From: an uncultured cyanobacterium
GTDB taxonomy: Bacteria; Cyanobacteriota; Cyanobacteriia; PCC-6307; Cyanobiaceae
Reading direction: 5' to 3'
Assembly: GCA_963765575.1 (NCBI GenBank)
Contig: CAVXWZ010000005.1
Span: 64,001-128,000, forward strand
Length of the DNA stretch: 64,000 nt
Part shown: positions 44,381 through 54,500 of the stretch, piece after piece
How positions within the stretch are numbered: position 1 is the stretch's first letter
Layout: each line of letters starts with the position of its first letter
Made by a program: the position numbers and the translations under genes
The notes under the pieces: generated by a model
Told to the model about the DNA's origin: nothing
The model's input: the letters and a program-made list of their open reading frames with translations, nothing else
Databases searched by the model: none

Positions 44381-44422
44381 GTCCATGGGACTTGATCGTG
44401 CAGCCCTGGTGTTGTAGCCCGT

Positions 44423-46561
44423 TTAGCCCGCCACTGGCAGCCCGCCCCGCCAGCGCTCCATCAGCTCCTGCTGCACCAGCTGTTGCTCCCCCCCGTGCTG
44501 GGGCTGGCTGAAGCGGCCGTCCGCGCCCATGTGCCAGGCCCCGGTGTCGCTGAAGTACACATCCAGAAGGCTCTCGAGCTGCTGACGCAGCACCGGATCA
44601 TCCACCGGCGCCACGGCCTCCACCCGGCGGTCGAGGTTGCGCGGCATCCAGTCAGCGCTGCCCAGGAAGATCTCCGGCTCACCGCCGTTGGCGAACCAGA
44701 ACAGCCGCGAATGCTCCAGGAAACGGCCGATCACGCTGACCACGCGGATGTGGTCGCTGATGCCCTCCACCCCCGGCCGCAGGCAGCACATGCCACGCAC
44801 CACCAGATCGATCTGCACTCCGGCCTGGGAGGCCTGGTAGAGCAGGGCGATGATCGCCGGATCCACCAGGGCATTCATCTTCGCCCGGATCTGGCCGCCG
44901 CGACCCGCCTCGGCATGGCTGATCTCCCGGCGGATGAGATCCTCCATGCCCTTGCGCAGGGTGACCGGAGCCACCAGCAGACGCCGGAAGCTCTGCTGTT
45001 TGGAGAAGCCGGTGAGGTAGTTGAACAGCTCCACCAGGTCGGCGCCGAATTCGGGGCGGGCGGTGAGCAGACCGATGTCGGTGTAGAGGCTGGAGGTCTT
45101 GGAGTTGTAGTTGCCCGTGCCGATGTGCACATAGCTGTTGAGACCCTTTTTTTCGCGCCGAACCACCAGCAGGATCTTGGTGTGGGTCTTGAGACCGATC
45201 ACCCCGTAGACCACATGCACGCCGGAGCTTTCCAGCTGCCGGGCCCATTGGATGTTGTTGTCCTCATCGAAGCGGGCCTTGAGTTCCACCAGGGCCATCA
45301 CCTGTTTGCCGTTCTCGGCCGCCCGGATCAGGGCCGCGACCACCGGTGAATCCTTGGAGGTGCGGTAGAGGGTCATCTTGATGGCCAGCACCGAGGGGTC
45401 GTCGGCGGCCTGGTTGAGAAACTCCTCCACCGAAGCGGCGAAGTGGTCGTAGGGGTGGTGCAGCAGCACATCCCCGCGCCGCAGCACCGAGAAGATGCTC
45501 TCGAATTCCTCCTCCTTGATTGAGCCGTCCTGCAGCTGGCTTTTCTGGGTGCGGGCCAGGGCAGGTGGGGTGCGGCCCTTGAAGGACGGGTCCTTGAGCT
45601 GGGGCAGGGGGACGGCCAGCAGGCCCATGAGGTCGTCAAGGCCGAGGGGGCCGTTGACGCGGTAGACGTCCTCAACTTCCACATTGGCGCCCTCCATCAG
45701 CTGGTGCAGCACCGCTTCAGGCATCTCGTCGGTCACCTCCAGACGCACCACTTCGCCACCACGGCGGCGCTTGCGCAGGCCCGCTTCCAGGGCCTCCATG
45801 AGGTCGTCGGCCTCGAGATCACGCAGTTCCAGGTCGGCGTCGCGGGTGACGCGGAAGAAGTAGTGACCCTCCACGCTCATGCCCGGGAACAGCAGGCCGA
45901 GGTTGAAGGCCACCACCTGCTCCAGGGGTACCGCCGTGAACACGGGCACCGGACTCCTGCCGCCCAGGGCCTTGGGGATGGGCACGAAGCGGGGCAGGAT
46001 CTTCTGGGGAACCTTCACCCGGGCGAACTGCTGCCGGCCGCTCTCGGGGTCGCGCACCAGCACCGCCACATTGAGGCTGAGGTTGCTGATGTAGGGGAAG
46101 GGGTGGGAGGGATCCACCGCCAGCGGCGTGAGCACCGGGAAGACGGCGTTGCGGAAGTAGTCGTCCAGCCACTGGCGCTGCTCCTGGTGGAGGTTGGCGT
46201 AGTCGATCAGGTGAACGCCATGCTCGGCCAGCTGGCCCTTGAGCGAATGGCGGTAGTGCTGTTGCTGCAGATCCAGCAGGGGCCTCAGCTTCTCCTGGAT
46301 CGCCTCCAGTTGCTGCAGGGGGGCGAGGCCGTCGTCGCTGAGGGCGGAGACACCGGCCTCCAGCTGGCTCTTGAGGGAGGCCACCCTCACCATGAAAAAT
46401 TCGTCGAGGTTGTTGCTGAAGATGGCGCTGAACTTCGCCTGCTCCAGCAGCGGGGTGTGCTCGTCGAGGGCCTGGGCCAGCACCCGGTAGTTGAAGTCGA
46501 TCCAGCTGAGCTCCCGGTTGATGTAGAGCTCGGGGGAGACCTTGGGTGCGGCTTTGCTCAT
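44423..46561 (-). CDS. ppk1: Polyphosphate kinase 1
   Basis: NRELSW, SNNLDEFFMVRVA, LHHPY, ELKARFDE, RFLEHSR. Confidence 0.98.
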   Translation of the reverse strand: MSKAAPKVSPELYINRELSWIDFNYRVLAQALDEHTPLLEQAKFSAIFSNNLDEFFMVRVASLKSQLEAGVSALSDDGLAPLQQLEAIQEKLRPLLDLQQQHYRHSLKGQLAEHGVHLIDYANLHQEQRQWLDDYFRNAVFPVLTPLAVDPSHPFPYISNLSLNVAVLVRDPESGRQQFARVKVPQKILPRFVPIPKALGGRSPVPVFTAVPLEQVVAFNLGLLFPGMSVEGHYFFRVTRDADLELRDLEADDLMEALEAGLRKRRRGGEVVRLEVTDEMPEAVLHQLMEGANVEVEDVYRVNGPLGLDDLMGLLAVPLPQLKDPSFKGRTPPALARTQKSQLQDGSIKEEEFESIFSVLRRGDVLLHHPYDHFAASVEEFLNQAADDPSVLAIKMTLYRTSKDSPVVAALIRAAENGKQVMALVELKARFDEDNNIQWARQLESSGVHVVYGVIGLKTHTKILLVVRREKKGLNSYVHIGTGNYNSKTSSLYTDIGLLTARPEFGADLVELFNYLTGFSKQQSFRRLLVAPVTLRKGMEDLIRREISHAEAGRGGQIRAKMNALVDPAIIALLYQASQAGVQIDLVVRGMCCLRPGVEGISDHIRVVSVIGRFLEHSRLFWFANGGEPEIFLGSADWMPRNLDRRVEAVAPVDDPVLRQQLESLLDVYFSDTGAWHMGADGRFSQPQHGGEQQLVQQELMERWRGGLPVAG

Positions 46562-46633
46562 TGTTGAACCGTAGCAATCACAGGGGAACTCCCCTGTGCC
46601 GGGTTTGCTTGACGCCCCCTGGGCAGCCTGCCT

Positions 46634-47890
46634 TCAGGTGCCGGCATTCATGCGCCGGGCACCGCCTGCCACCACCGCGGCCACGCCCAGCAGCAGGCTG
46701 AGGCCAAGCCAGAAGGGACTGGTGCGGCCGAGGGTCTCGTAGGCCAGCCCCGCCAGGGCGGGGCCGATGAAACTGCCCAGGCTCTGCAACCCCTGCAGGC
46801 TGCCCAGGGCGGCCCCCTGGCCGCTGTCGTCGAGGCGGCGCGACACCTGGGCGCGCAGGCAGGGGGTGACCAGGCCGGTACCCAGGGCCAGGATCGCCAC
46901 CGCTGGAAACACCACGCTGCGGGAATTTTCGGCCGTGGCCAGGAGGATCAGGCTGCAGCCGCTGATCACGAAGCCGATGCCCGCCAGGGTGAGACGCCAC
47001 TCCCCGAAGCGTGCCACCAGCGGACCGATCAGGCCCCCCTGCACCAGCGTGGCCACCACCCCCACGACCACGAAGGCGGCCCCGGCCAGCCCCGGCCCCC
47101 ACCCGAACTCCTGTTTGAAGTAGAGGATCAGCACGGCAGCGAAGCCGTTGAAGGCGAGGAAGAAGAGAAAGAAGGCCGCGCACAGACGCCGCACCTGGGG
47201 ATTGGCAAACACCCGGGACAGCTGGGTGAAGGGCTGCAGTTCGCGCTTGCGGGGCAGTGGGATGCGGGACTCGATCGGGTGGGTTTCCGGCAGCAGGGTG
47301 ATCACCAGCACCAGATTGAGCACCGCGATGGCCACCGCCACCAGCATCGGCAGGTTCACGTTCAGCTGCCCCAGCAGACCGCCGAGGGCGGGGCCGAGGA
47401 TGAAGCCGAGCCCGAAGGCCACACCGATCAGGCCGAAGGCCTTCGCCCGCTGCTGCGGTGGCGACACGTCGGCCAGCACGGCGCCGGCGGTGGCGGCCGT
47501 GCCGCCGCTGACGCCGTCGATCAGCCGGGCGACGAACAGCAGGGCCAGGGGCAGGCTGGAGCCGGCGGCCCAGGGCAGGCGTTGCCAGTCGGTGGCGATC
47601 GTGAGCGCGAACAGCCCCAGACCCACGACCGAGCCGGCCACGCACAGGGCGATCACCGGCCGGCGTCCGTAGCGATCACTGAGGGCGCCGATCAAGGGGG
47701 TGGCGGCGAACTGGGCGAAGGCATAGCTGCCGGTGAGCAGGCCCAGCACACGCCCGTCGCCGGTGAAGCCAGCCAACAGGAACGGCAGCAGCGGAAAAAT
47801 CAGCGTTTCGCTCAAGCGGTCGTTGAGCAGGGTGAAAAAGGCGCAGAGGAAGGCCGCGCGGCGACGGGCCGGGCTGATCTGGGGCTGCAC
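46634..47890 (-). CDS. MFS transporter (TetA/DHA1-like)
   Basis: GALSDRYGRRPV motif A, GFILGPALGG motif C; GTG start at 47890. Confidence 0.9.
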   Translation of the reverse strand: MQPQISPARRRAAFLCAFFTLLNDRLSETLIFPLLPFLLAGFTGDGRVLGLLTGSYAFAQFAATPLIGALSDRYGRRPVIALCVAGSVVGLGLFALTIATDWQRLPWAAGSSLPLALLFVARLIDGVSGGTAATAGAVLADVSPPQQRAKAFGLIGVAFGLGFILGPALGGLLGQLNVNLPMLVAVAIAVLNLVLVITLLPETHPIESRIPLPRKRELQPFTQLSRVFANPQVRRLCAAFFLFFLAFNGFAAVLILYFKQEFGWGPGLAGAAFVVVGVVATLVQGGLIGPLVARFGEWRLTLAGIGFVISGCSLILLATAENSRSVVFPAVAILALGTGLVTPCLRAQVSRRLDDSGQGAALGSLQGLQSLGSFIGPALAGLAYETLGRTSPFWLGLSLLLGVAAVVAGGARRMNAGT

Positions 47891-47892
47891 GG

Positions 47893-48861
47893 TCAATGGG
47901 CCACCAGCACGCGGTGGCGGTGGTCGGAGGCGACGCAACGGATGTGGCTGAAGCCCGCCTGGCGCAGGGCGGCCTCCATATCGAGGGCGAAATAGTCGCC
48001 CAGGTAGGGCTCGGTGCTCTTGAGCAGGGTGGCCAGGGGGGCCGGCATGGCGCGGATGCTGGGCGAGCGGGGATCCTGGTCGACCATGGCCAGCACCCCA
48101 CCGGGACGCAGCAGCCTGGCGGCCTCCTGGAGCACGGCGATGGTGGCTCCGGCCGGCAGCTCGTGGCACACGAACTGCAGGGTGATCAGGTCCACACTGG
48201 CGTCCGCCAGGCCGCTGGCCTCGGCCGCGGCATGGTGCCAGCTGGCGATACGGCCCTGGCGGTCGCGCACCCTGGCCACCGCCAGCATGTGGGGGGAGAG
48301 GTCGAGGCCGCTGACGCGCACGGGATGGCCCTGGTGGGCCTCGATCCAGTCCTTGAGCAGCAGGGTGCTGATGCCCACCGAGCAGCCCAGATCGAGGGCC
48401 TCGTGCACCGGCCCCGTGAGGCTGGGCTCGATCGCCGCGAAGATGGCGTCGCGCATGCGGGCCTGGGCAGCCTCGGGGCTCAGCGGCTCCTCCTTCCACA
48501 CCCGCAGCGCCACCGAGGCCGTGGCCTGCTCCGCCTCGCAGGCCGCCTGCCAGCAGAGGTTGCCCTCGTCGTAGGCGTGGAAGCGGGCCCGGTAGTAGGC
48601 CGGGGTGGTGGTGAGCGGATTGATGCAGGCAGCCAGCAGCGGTTCGGCCCGGCGCTGCAGTTCATCGCGGCGGGCCCGCCAGGGGATGCCCCGCTGCTCG
48701 GCCGTGCGGATCATCATCCGCCGCGCCTGCTGGAACAGCAGCTGGCGCAGGGGCTCCACCGCCAGCACGGCGGCGATCAGCCGTCCCAGGGGGCTGGCAT
48801 CGTTGGCCCAGTTGGGCGGGGCGGCGACGGTGGCTGCGGGCGGGGTGCCGGCGGCGGGCAT
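47893..48861 (-). CDS. Class I SAM-dependent methyltransferase
   Basis: YY...FHAYDEGNL.W.AA, LDLGCSVG.ST, LDLSP.ML, HELP, LRPGG. Confidence 0.88.
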   Translation of the reverse strand: MPAAGTPPAATVAAPPNWANDASPLGRLIAAVLAVEPLRQLLFQQARRMMIRTAEQRGIPWRARRDELQRRAEPLLAACINPLTTTPAYYRARFHAYDEGNLCWQAACEAEQATASVALRVWKEEPLSPEAAQARMRDAIFAAIEPSLTGPVHEALDLGCSVGISTLLLKDWIEAHQGHPVRVSGLDLSPHMLAVARVRDRQGRIASWHHAAAEASGLADASVDLITLQFVCHELPAGATIAVLQEAARLLRPGGVLAMVDQDPRSPSIRAMPAPLATLLKSTEPYLGDYFALDMEAALRQAGFSHIRCVASDHRHRVLVAH

Positions 48862-49064
48862 GGGGTGGCGCTGACTGGGGGAGCAGGGGGCATCATCGCG
48901 CCGCCGCCCAGGGCCTGAGGGCTGCAGGCTGAGGCCGAAGGGCTGATCGCCATGGCGCCGCAGACCCTGGCGCTGGTGCTCGCCAGGGAGGCCCCGAAGG
49001 GTGATGGGCTCGGTTCTCTCGCCGGAGCCGATCTGCTCCCGGGGAGCGCGGCCGCGCCGGGGCC

Positions 49065-49230
49065 GCTGGAGGCCGCCGCCATCGGCCAGCCACGCCCGAT
49101 TCCAGAAGGGCGCCCGGGGGACGCGTAACAGGTTGTGCCAGGTCTCCAGAGCCTGCAGCGGCTGGGAGGGCCCTGGTCCCAGCCGGACCGCTCGGGCAGG
49201 GCGGCGCACAGCAGCACGCGCAGCTCCGGG
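49065..49230 (-). pseudogene. Fused remnants of molybdopterin synthase subunits (moaD N-terminus; moaE N- and C-terminal scraps)
   Basis: ELRVLLCAALPERSGW resembles the MoaD start (VLLFA.LRE.AGW); APFWNRAWLADGG resembles the MoaE end (APFWK.E). Confidence 0.5.
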
Positions 49231-49299
49231 GTGTGGCCCGTGGCCCGTGGCGGCAGGGGTGGCGGTGGCCTCCACAATGGCTGCAGCGTCCGCGAAGCG

Positions 49300-49430
49300 G
49301 TGGCAGTGGCGGTGGCGTTGCTCACGGTGTCGGACAGGCGCACCCGGGCCATCGCGGGGTTGGGCGAGCTGTCCCTGCTGCTGTCGTTCGAGACGGTCGG
49401 CACGAGCAGTCTGCGGAGCCGCGGCTGCCG
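49300..49430 (+). pseudogene. moaB: Internally deleted moaB remnant
   Basis: VALLTVSDRRT joined directly to IAGLGEL..LLSFETVGTSSLRSR; the central GGTG region is absent. Confidence 0.7.
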
Positions 49431-49508
49431 CGGCTGGGAGAGCCTGTGGATCAGCCGGCGGGACGGGGTTGATCCAGGGCCTCGTTTGCGGCTGGAGCCC
49501 GAGGGCCG

Positions 49509-50783
49509 ATGAACCCCGTCGTCTCGCTCACAACCATGGCCCTCTCCCTGCGCCGCAGACTTGCTGTGGTGCTGGTCGGCGTTGGGCTGGCCCTGGCCCT
49601 TGCGCTTCCCAGCCCCGCTCCTGCGCAGACTGAAACCCCGGGAAACGACCCGGTGCTGCATGTGTTCTGGAGCCTCGGCTGCCCGGTGTGCATCCGGCAG
49701 AAGCCGTGGATCGAGGAGCTGGAAGCACGCTTCCCCGGCCTGGAGGTGGAGCAGATGGAGTTGTCACAGACGCCGCGTTTTCGGGCGCGGTTTGAGGAGA
49801 TGGCCGCAGAGCGGGGCGTGAGCGCCAGCTATGTGCCCACGCTGATGCTCGGTCCGCGCGCCTGGGTGGGGGACACCCCCGCCCAGCGCGCCGAGATCGA
49901 GACGGCGATTGCGGCGCTGCTGGCGGGCCAGGACCCAGCGCCCGACGCGCGCGAAAGCCTCACCCTGCCCCTGCTGGGCGAGGTCGACCCTGCCGCCGCC
50001 TCGCTGCTGGGGCTCACCGCGCTGATCGCCGTGGTGGATGGCTTCAACCCCTGCTCACTCTGGGTGCTCACCCTGCTGCTGGGCATGGTCCTCGCCTCGG
50101 GGTCGCGTCAGCGGCTGGCCGTTGTGGGCATCACCTTTCTGCTCACCACCGCCCTGATCTACGGCGCGTTCATCGCCGGGCTGTTCAGCGTGCTGGCTTT
50201 TGCCTTTGCCCTGCCCTGGGTGCGCTGGATGGTGGCCCTGTTCGCGCTTGGCTTCGGGCTGGTGAACATCAAGGATTACGTCTGGTATGGGCGAGGGGTC
50301 AGCTTTTCGATTCCCGAGCGCGAGAAATCCGGCATCTATCAGCGCCTGCGCCGCCTGCGGCAGCAGCCGATGACCATGCCCGTGCTGATTGGCACCACCG
50401 TGGCCATGGCGGCGGGCATTTCGCTGGTTGAACTGCCCTGTACGGCGGGATTTCCCGTGCTCTGGTCGGGGATCCTGGCCGAGCGGGATGTGAGCCGGGC
50501 GGGGTTTGTGGCCCTGCTGGCGGTGTATGTGCTGATCTATCTGATCGACGAGTTGGCGATCTTTGCGATCGCCGTCACCACCATGAGCCTGGGGCGGATG
50601 GGCGAGCGCCATGGCCGGGCGCTGAAGCTGGTGGGTGGCACGGTGATGGTGGCCCTGGCCGGGGCGCTGGCGCTGCGGCCCGAGCTGATGGACGATCTGG
50701 GCGGGACGCTGGGGCTGTTCGGTTCAGCCCTCGCCCTGGCGGCGCTGATCCTGATCGCACAACGCCCCACGACAGCGGCCTGA
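49509..50783 (+). CDS. Exported thioredoxin-fold (CPVC) domain fused to a DsbD/CcdA-like membrane domain
   Basis: Signal peptide, FWSLGCPVC, YVPT cis-Pro, DGFNPCS and ELPCTAG membrane cysteines. Confidence 0.8.
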   Translation: MNPVVSLTTMALSLRRRLAVVLVGVGLALALALPSPAPAQTETPGNDPVLHVFWSLGCPVCIRQKPWIEELEARFPGLEVEQMELSQTPRFRARFEEMAAERGVSASYVPTLMLGPRAWVGDTPAQRAEIETAIAALLAGQDPAPDARESLTLPLLGEVDPAAASLLGLTALIAVVDGFNPCSLWVLTLLLGMVLASGSRQRLAVVGITFLLTTALIYGAFIAGLFSVLAFAFALPWVRWMVALFALGFGLVNIKDYVWYGRGVSFSIPEREKSGIYQRLRRLRQQPMTMPVLIGTTVAMAAGISLVELPCTAGFPVLWSGILAERDVSRAGFVALLAVYVLIYLIDELAIFAIAVTTMSLGRMGERHGRALKLVGGTVMVALAGALALRPELMDDLGGTLGLFGSALALAALILIAQRPTTAA

Positions 50784-50843
50784 GGGGCCCCTCACCCCTC
50801 CCCTCCTCCAGGCAGGACCCTGCCCGACCTGCCGAGGCGGTGG

Positions 50844-51090
50844 TGGCTGCGTGCGCATGTTTTTCGCGAGGACCGGAGCCGCGCGGAGCGGAGCACCCGC
50901 ATCGTGATGCTGTCACCGCGGTCACGATGGTTGCCGGGATCGTGGCCGGCAGCGTCTACGGCTCCACGGCCCTGCCAGCCATCGGCATCACGATCGTCGC
51001 CTACCGCTGAGAGCGCCGGCACGCCGCCGATCCGCGCTTCAGCTTCGGCACCGGCAAGGTGGGCGTTCCGGGCGGCTACACCAGCGCAGC
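50844..51090 (+). pseudogene. dmeF: CDF-family Co/Ni efflux transporter (DmeF-like) remnant
   Basis: HVF....RAERSTRIV / TAVTMVAGIVAGSVYGSTAL / AYR*ERRHAADPRFSFGTGKVGVPGGYTSA, with a frameshift, a deletion and an in-frame stop. Confidence 0.75.
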
Positions 51091-51173
51091 AGCAGGCTCA
51101 CTACAAGGCCCTGCCGCGGCGCCGGCTCACGCCCGCAAGCCCTGGCCGCATCGCGATCCGGCTCGGGGTGGCA

Positions 51174-52274
51174 TCAGCGATCCACGTCTTCGCCACCGGC
51201 CATGAGCCCCTGGCGCCAGGTCAGCAGCTTCAGCAGCGTGGCCTTCACCGCTCCAGTGGCGATCAGCTGCCGGGCCTGCTGCACAGCTTCCGCCTGCGTG
51301 CAGCTGCGATCGCTGAACCAGAGGTAGCAGCCGCCATTCCAGATCAGTTGCTTGGCCAGCGGGCCGTTGCCTTCGAGTGCCTCGGCGGCCGCGCCAACCC
51401 AGGCCCGTTCACTCTCCCAGGCCAGATCAGGGCCGTAGCAGTCGTGGTCGCGGGGGTGCAGGATCAGCCGCTGGCTGCCGCTGTTGTCCACCATGGCGGT
51501 CACACAGGCACGGCTGGTGGGCAGGTCGGTGCTGCCCTCGAGGCCCTTCACCGTGACGATCTGATCTTCGCCCGCGAGCTGCAGGGCCTGCCAGGCCCGG
51601 GCTTCGGTGGGTGGGTGAACGAAGCCGCTGATCAGAAGATGCTCGCCCTGGTGTGCTGTCCAGAGCAGCTCCAGGCTGGCCACCGGCGGCCGTTTGCCCA
51701 GATCCTCCCGGTAGGGGATCAGTGACTGGGCCAGGGGGAAGTGATCGGGCTGGTGCAGCAGGGCCAGGCCGTGGGTCTGGAAACCCTCCTGCACCCTCTC
51801 GATCGGCAGGCCACCGAGATCGAGACCGAGCGCGGCGAACAGCTCCCGTGCCGTGACGCCGTATTTCACGGGCATGCGCTCGCCGCCGGAGAGCACCACC
51901 GGCCGCCCGGCCGCCAGCAACAGCAGCGCCGTGAGCGGAAACACCGGCGCGGTGCGGCTGCGCCCATCGAAGGGCATCCCGAAGCACAGGGGCGGGGACG
52001 ACGCTCCTGCAGGGCCGGCGCCAGTGAGCTGGGGGCCCAGCAGCCGGTAAGTGTCGAGCATGCCCGCCAGCTCCTGCGGCTCGGGCCGGCGGATGCGATG
52101 GGCGATCAGAAAAGCGCCGATCTGGGCTGGGGTGGCGCCACCGTTGAGCATCAGGTCCAGCGACTCGGCCGCCTCCTGGCGGCTGAGGCCCTTGCTGGTG
52201 TGTTCGCCACTGCCGATCTTGCGCAGCAGCTGCTTGAAGCGTTGCCGTTGGTCGTCGCTGACGGCCACCGCCAT
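51174..52274 (-). CDS. Anthranilate phosphoribosyltransferase-like protein (CnaT/YbiB type)
   Basis: [49 protein letters not shown]. Confidence 0.8.
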   Translation of the reverse strand: MAVAVSDDQRQRFKQLLRKIGSGEHTSKGLSRQEAAESLDLMLNGGATPAQIGAFLIAHRIRRPEPQELAGMLDTYRLLGPQLTGAGPAGASSPPLCFGMPFDGRSRTAPVFPLTALLLLAAGRPVVLSGGERMPVKYGVTARELFAALGLDLGGLPIERVQEGFQTHGLALLHQPDHFPLAQSLIPYREDLGKRPPVASLELLWTAHQGEHLLISGFVHPPTEARAWQALQLAGEDQIVTVKGLEGSTDLPTSRACVTAMVDNSGSQRLILHPRDHDCYGPDLAWESERAWVGAAAEALEGNGPLAKQLIWNGGCYLWFSDRSCTQAEAVQQARQLIATGAVKATLLKLLTWRQGLMAGGEDVDR

Positions 52275-52480
52275 GGCCGCCGGCAGGGGGAACGTCCCGG
52301 GCAGCGACCCGACGGAGCCCTGGCCTGTCTGCGCTGTTGAGGGCCCCATGGTCAACGCTGACGCTCCCGAAATCCAGGCAATGCGGTGGCCATGACCTCC
52401 TGGGGCCAGCCTGGCTTGCCGGACTGGAGTTTCGCGGAAAGCACCGAATTCATCGTGGACCAGCGCCCGCCCGGCATCCT

Positions 52481-52494
52481 GTAGCGGTTGCTGC
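52481..52494 (+). promoter_or_regulatory. NtcA-like box GTA-N8-TGC upstream of cynS
   Basis: TGTAGCGGTTGCTGC; one mismatch to GTA-N8-TAC. Confidence 0.4.
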
Positions 52495-52549
52495 CGGAAG
52501 GCCTGGCCTGCCGGGGAAGACTCCTGTTCGCACCTTGAACACCTCTTCG

Positions 52550-53008
52550 ATGGCCGACTCCCTTCCCTCCTCCCAGGCTGTGACAGCTGCCCTGATGGCC
52601 GCCAAGAAGAGTCGTGGCCTCAGCTTTGTTGAGCTGGGGGAAGCGCTGGGCCGCCATGAGGTGTGGGTGGCCTCGCTGTTCTATCAACAGGCGACCGCCT
52701 CCGCCGATGAGGCCGCCCGGCTGGCGGAGGTCCTGGGTCTCGATGCCGGCACCACCGCAGCCATTCAGGAGTTTCCCACCAAAGGATCCCTCGATCCCGT
52801 GATCCCCACCGACCCGCTGATCTACCGCTTCTACGAGATCATGCAGGTGTATGGCATGCCGATGAAAGATGTGATTCAGGAGAAGTTTGGCGATGGCATC
52901 ATGAGCGCTATTGATTTCACCCTTGCTGTGGACAAGGAATCGAATCCTGCTGGTGACCGCGTGAAGATCACGATGTGCGGGAAGTTCCTTCCCTACAAGA
53001 AATGGTGA
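52550..53008 (+). CDS. cynS: Cyanase
   Basis: [30 protein letters not shown]. Confidence 0.97.
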   Translation: MADSLPSSQAVTAALMAAKKSRGLSFVELGEALGRHEVWVASLFYQQATASADEAARLAEVLGLDAGTTAAIQEFPTKGSLDPVIPTDPLIYRFYEIMQVYGMPMKDVIQEKFGDGIMSAIDFTLAVDKESNPAGDRVKITMCGKFLPYKKW

Positions 53009-53055
53009 TCCAGCTCTGAGTTTCTCTCAAGTCTGAGTTTGCCACAGATGGCAGA

Positions 53056-53084
53056 AGCCGGACCCAGCATGACTGGATCCGGCT
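53056..53084. terminator. Hairpin between convergent cynS and focA
   Basis: AGCCGGA...TCCGGCT stem; no clear U tract. Confidence 0.35.
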
Positions 53085-53181
53085 GACAGACGATCCATGA
53101 TCGCTAGGGATATCGAGGAGTATGGGAAACGGCATGGCGGAAAGCCCACTTCAGGGGGCCCCAGCTTGAGCCGGCCCAGCC

Positions 53182-54063
53182 TCAGCGGGCACCCAGCTCT
53201 GCAGCCAGTTCCCGCTCCAGCTTTTCATCATGCTTCAGAGGCAGCACGTTGCTCATCGGTGAGCGGTGCGTGCTGTAGAAGAGCATGCCGATGAAGACCA
53301 TTCCACCCACGATGTTGCCGAGGGTGACGGGAAGATAATTCCAGAAGACGATCTGTCCGAACCCCACCCCGGAGCCCAGCAGTGGCCCAGTGGTGTGCAG
53401 AAACATGTTGACAACGATGTGCTCCATGCCGAGGGCTTGGAAGGCGGTGATCGGTAGCCAGCAGGCCATGATCTTGCCGGGGACACTCTTGCTCACCAGA
53501 GCCAGGGTGACGCCGAGGCAGACCAGCCAGTTGGCGATTACGCCGCGCAGGAAGGCTAGGAAAAAACCCAGTACGCCCAGGTCCTGATACTTGACAATCA
53601 CGTTGGCCTTGTTGAGGCCAATGATCTTGTTGGCAACGGCGACCCAGTCTCCTGTGCCGGCAGCCAGGTCTGCTGTGCCGCCACTGGTGAGGCTGATGGC
53701 AAAGAGGATGCCCACAAGGCCGGTGCCGAGAAAATTACCGATCCACACCCAGATCCAGTTGCGGATGGTTTTGCTCCAGGTGGTCTTTCCGGCCCAGACC
53801 GCCATGGGAAGCAGGGCAAAATTGCCGGTGACCAGCTCCATGCCGAAGAGCACAATGCTGGCGAATCCAAATGGGAAGATGAAGGATCCGATCCACGGAA
53901 TCCCGGTCTGATGCATGATTGTGAGGGCCAGGCACAAGGCCAGCCCAAGGGCTGATCCAGAGTAAAAACCGCGAATCAATAGATTCTTGGTGCTGACACT
54001 GGACTTCTTGCCGCCGGCGGCAATCATGCCCTCGACAAGCTCATTGGGTAAAACGTAATCCAT
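53182..54063 (-). CDS. focA: Formate/nitrite transporter (nitrite uptake)
   Basis: FPFG, ELVTGN, W.GN..G, ANWLVCL, EHIVVNM, TLGNIVGG. Confidence 0.92.
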   Translation of the reverse strand: MDYVLPNELVEGMIAAGGKKSSVSTKNLLIRGFYSGSALGLALCLALTIMHQTGIPWIGSFIFPFGFASIVLFGMELVTGNFALLPMAVWAGKTTWSKTIRNWIWVWIGNFLGTGLVGILFAISLTSGGTADLAAGTGDWVAVANKIIGLNKANVIVKYQDLGVLGFFLAFLRGVIANWLVCLGVTLALVSKSVPGKIMACWLPITAFQALGMEHIVVNMFLHTTGPLLGSGVGFGQIVFWNYLPVTLGNIVGGMVFIGMLFYSTHRSPMSNVLPLKHDEKLERELAAELGAR

Positions 54064-54108
54064 CAAACAGGAGGGGAAGAGGTTGCTGGCTGTGTCGCTG
54101 GTTCAGCC

Positions 54109-54279
54109 TTAACGGCTGATGCGATTCATGAATCGGCTGAAAGGATCGTCCTGGCGTGCTTCCAGGGGCTGCAGGCGATCTGAGACCGTGGCTGATGGCG
54201 GCGCGTCAGGTTGGTCGCTGCCCTGGGTGCTCAGCCAGTTCATGAGGCGAGAAAAGGAATCCTGTTTTGGTGGGGTCAT
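54109..54279 (-). CDS. 56-aa small protein with an internal FSR(L/F)MN repeat
   Basis: MTPPKQDSFSRLMNWLS...QDDPFSRFMNRISR directly upstream of focA. Confidence 0.6.
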   Translation of the reverse strand: MTPPKQDSFSRLMNWLSTQGSDQPDAPPSATVSDRLQPLEARQDDPFSRFMNRISR

Positions 54280-54486
54280 GGTGGGTGCGCTGTGCTGGCA
54301 ACGGTGCGATCGCAGGCCAAGCGATCCGTCCCTGTGGACAAGGGATGGGTGGCAGGGGTGCTGGATGGGGTCAACCGATGCGGCAGGAACAAGCGGCGCG
54401 ACGGTCAACGGGAGACTGACTCAGCGCTTCAAAAGAACAGCGTCGCTGAGTGTGTCTATTGATGGCTGAAAGGTCACGACGTTGTT

Positions 54487-54500
54487 GTGCTGACCGTTAC
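54487..54500 (-). promoter_or_regulatory. NtcA-like box GTA-N8-CAC for the small ORF-focA unit
   Basis: Minus strand GTAACGGTCAGCAC. Confidence 0.5.
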
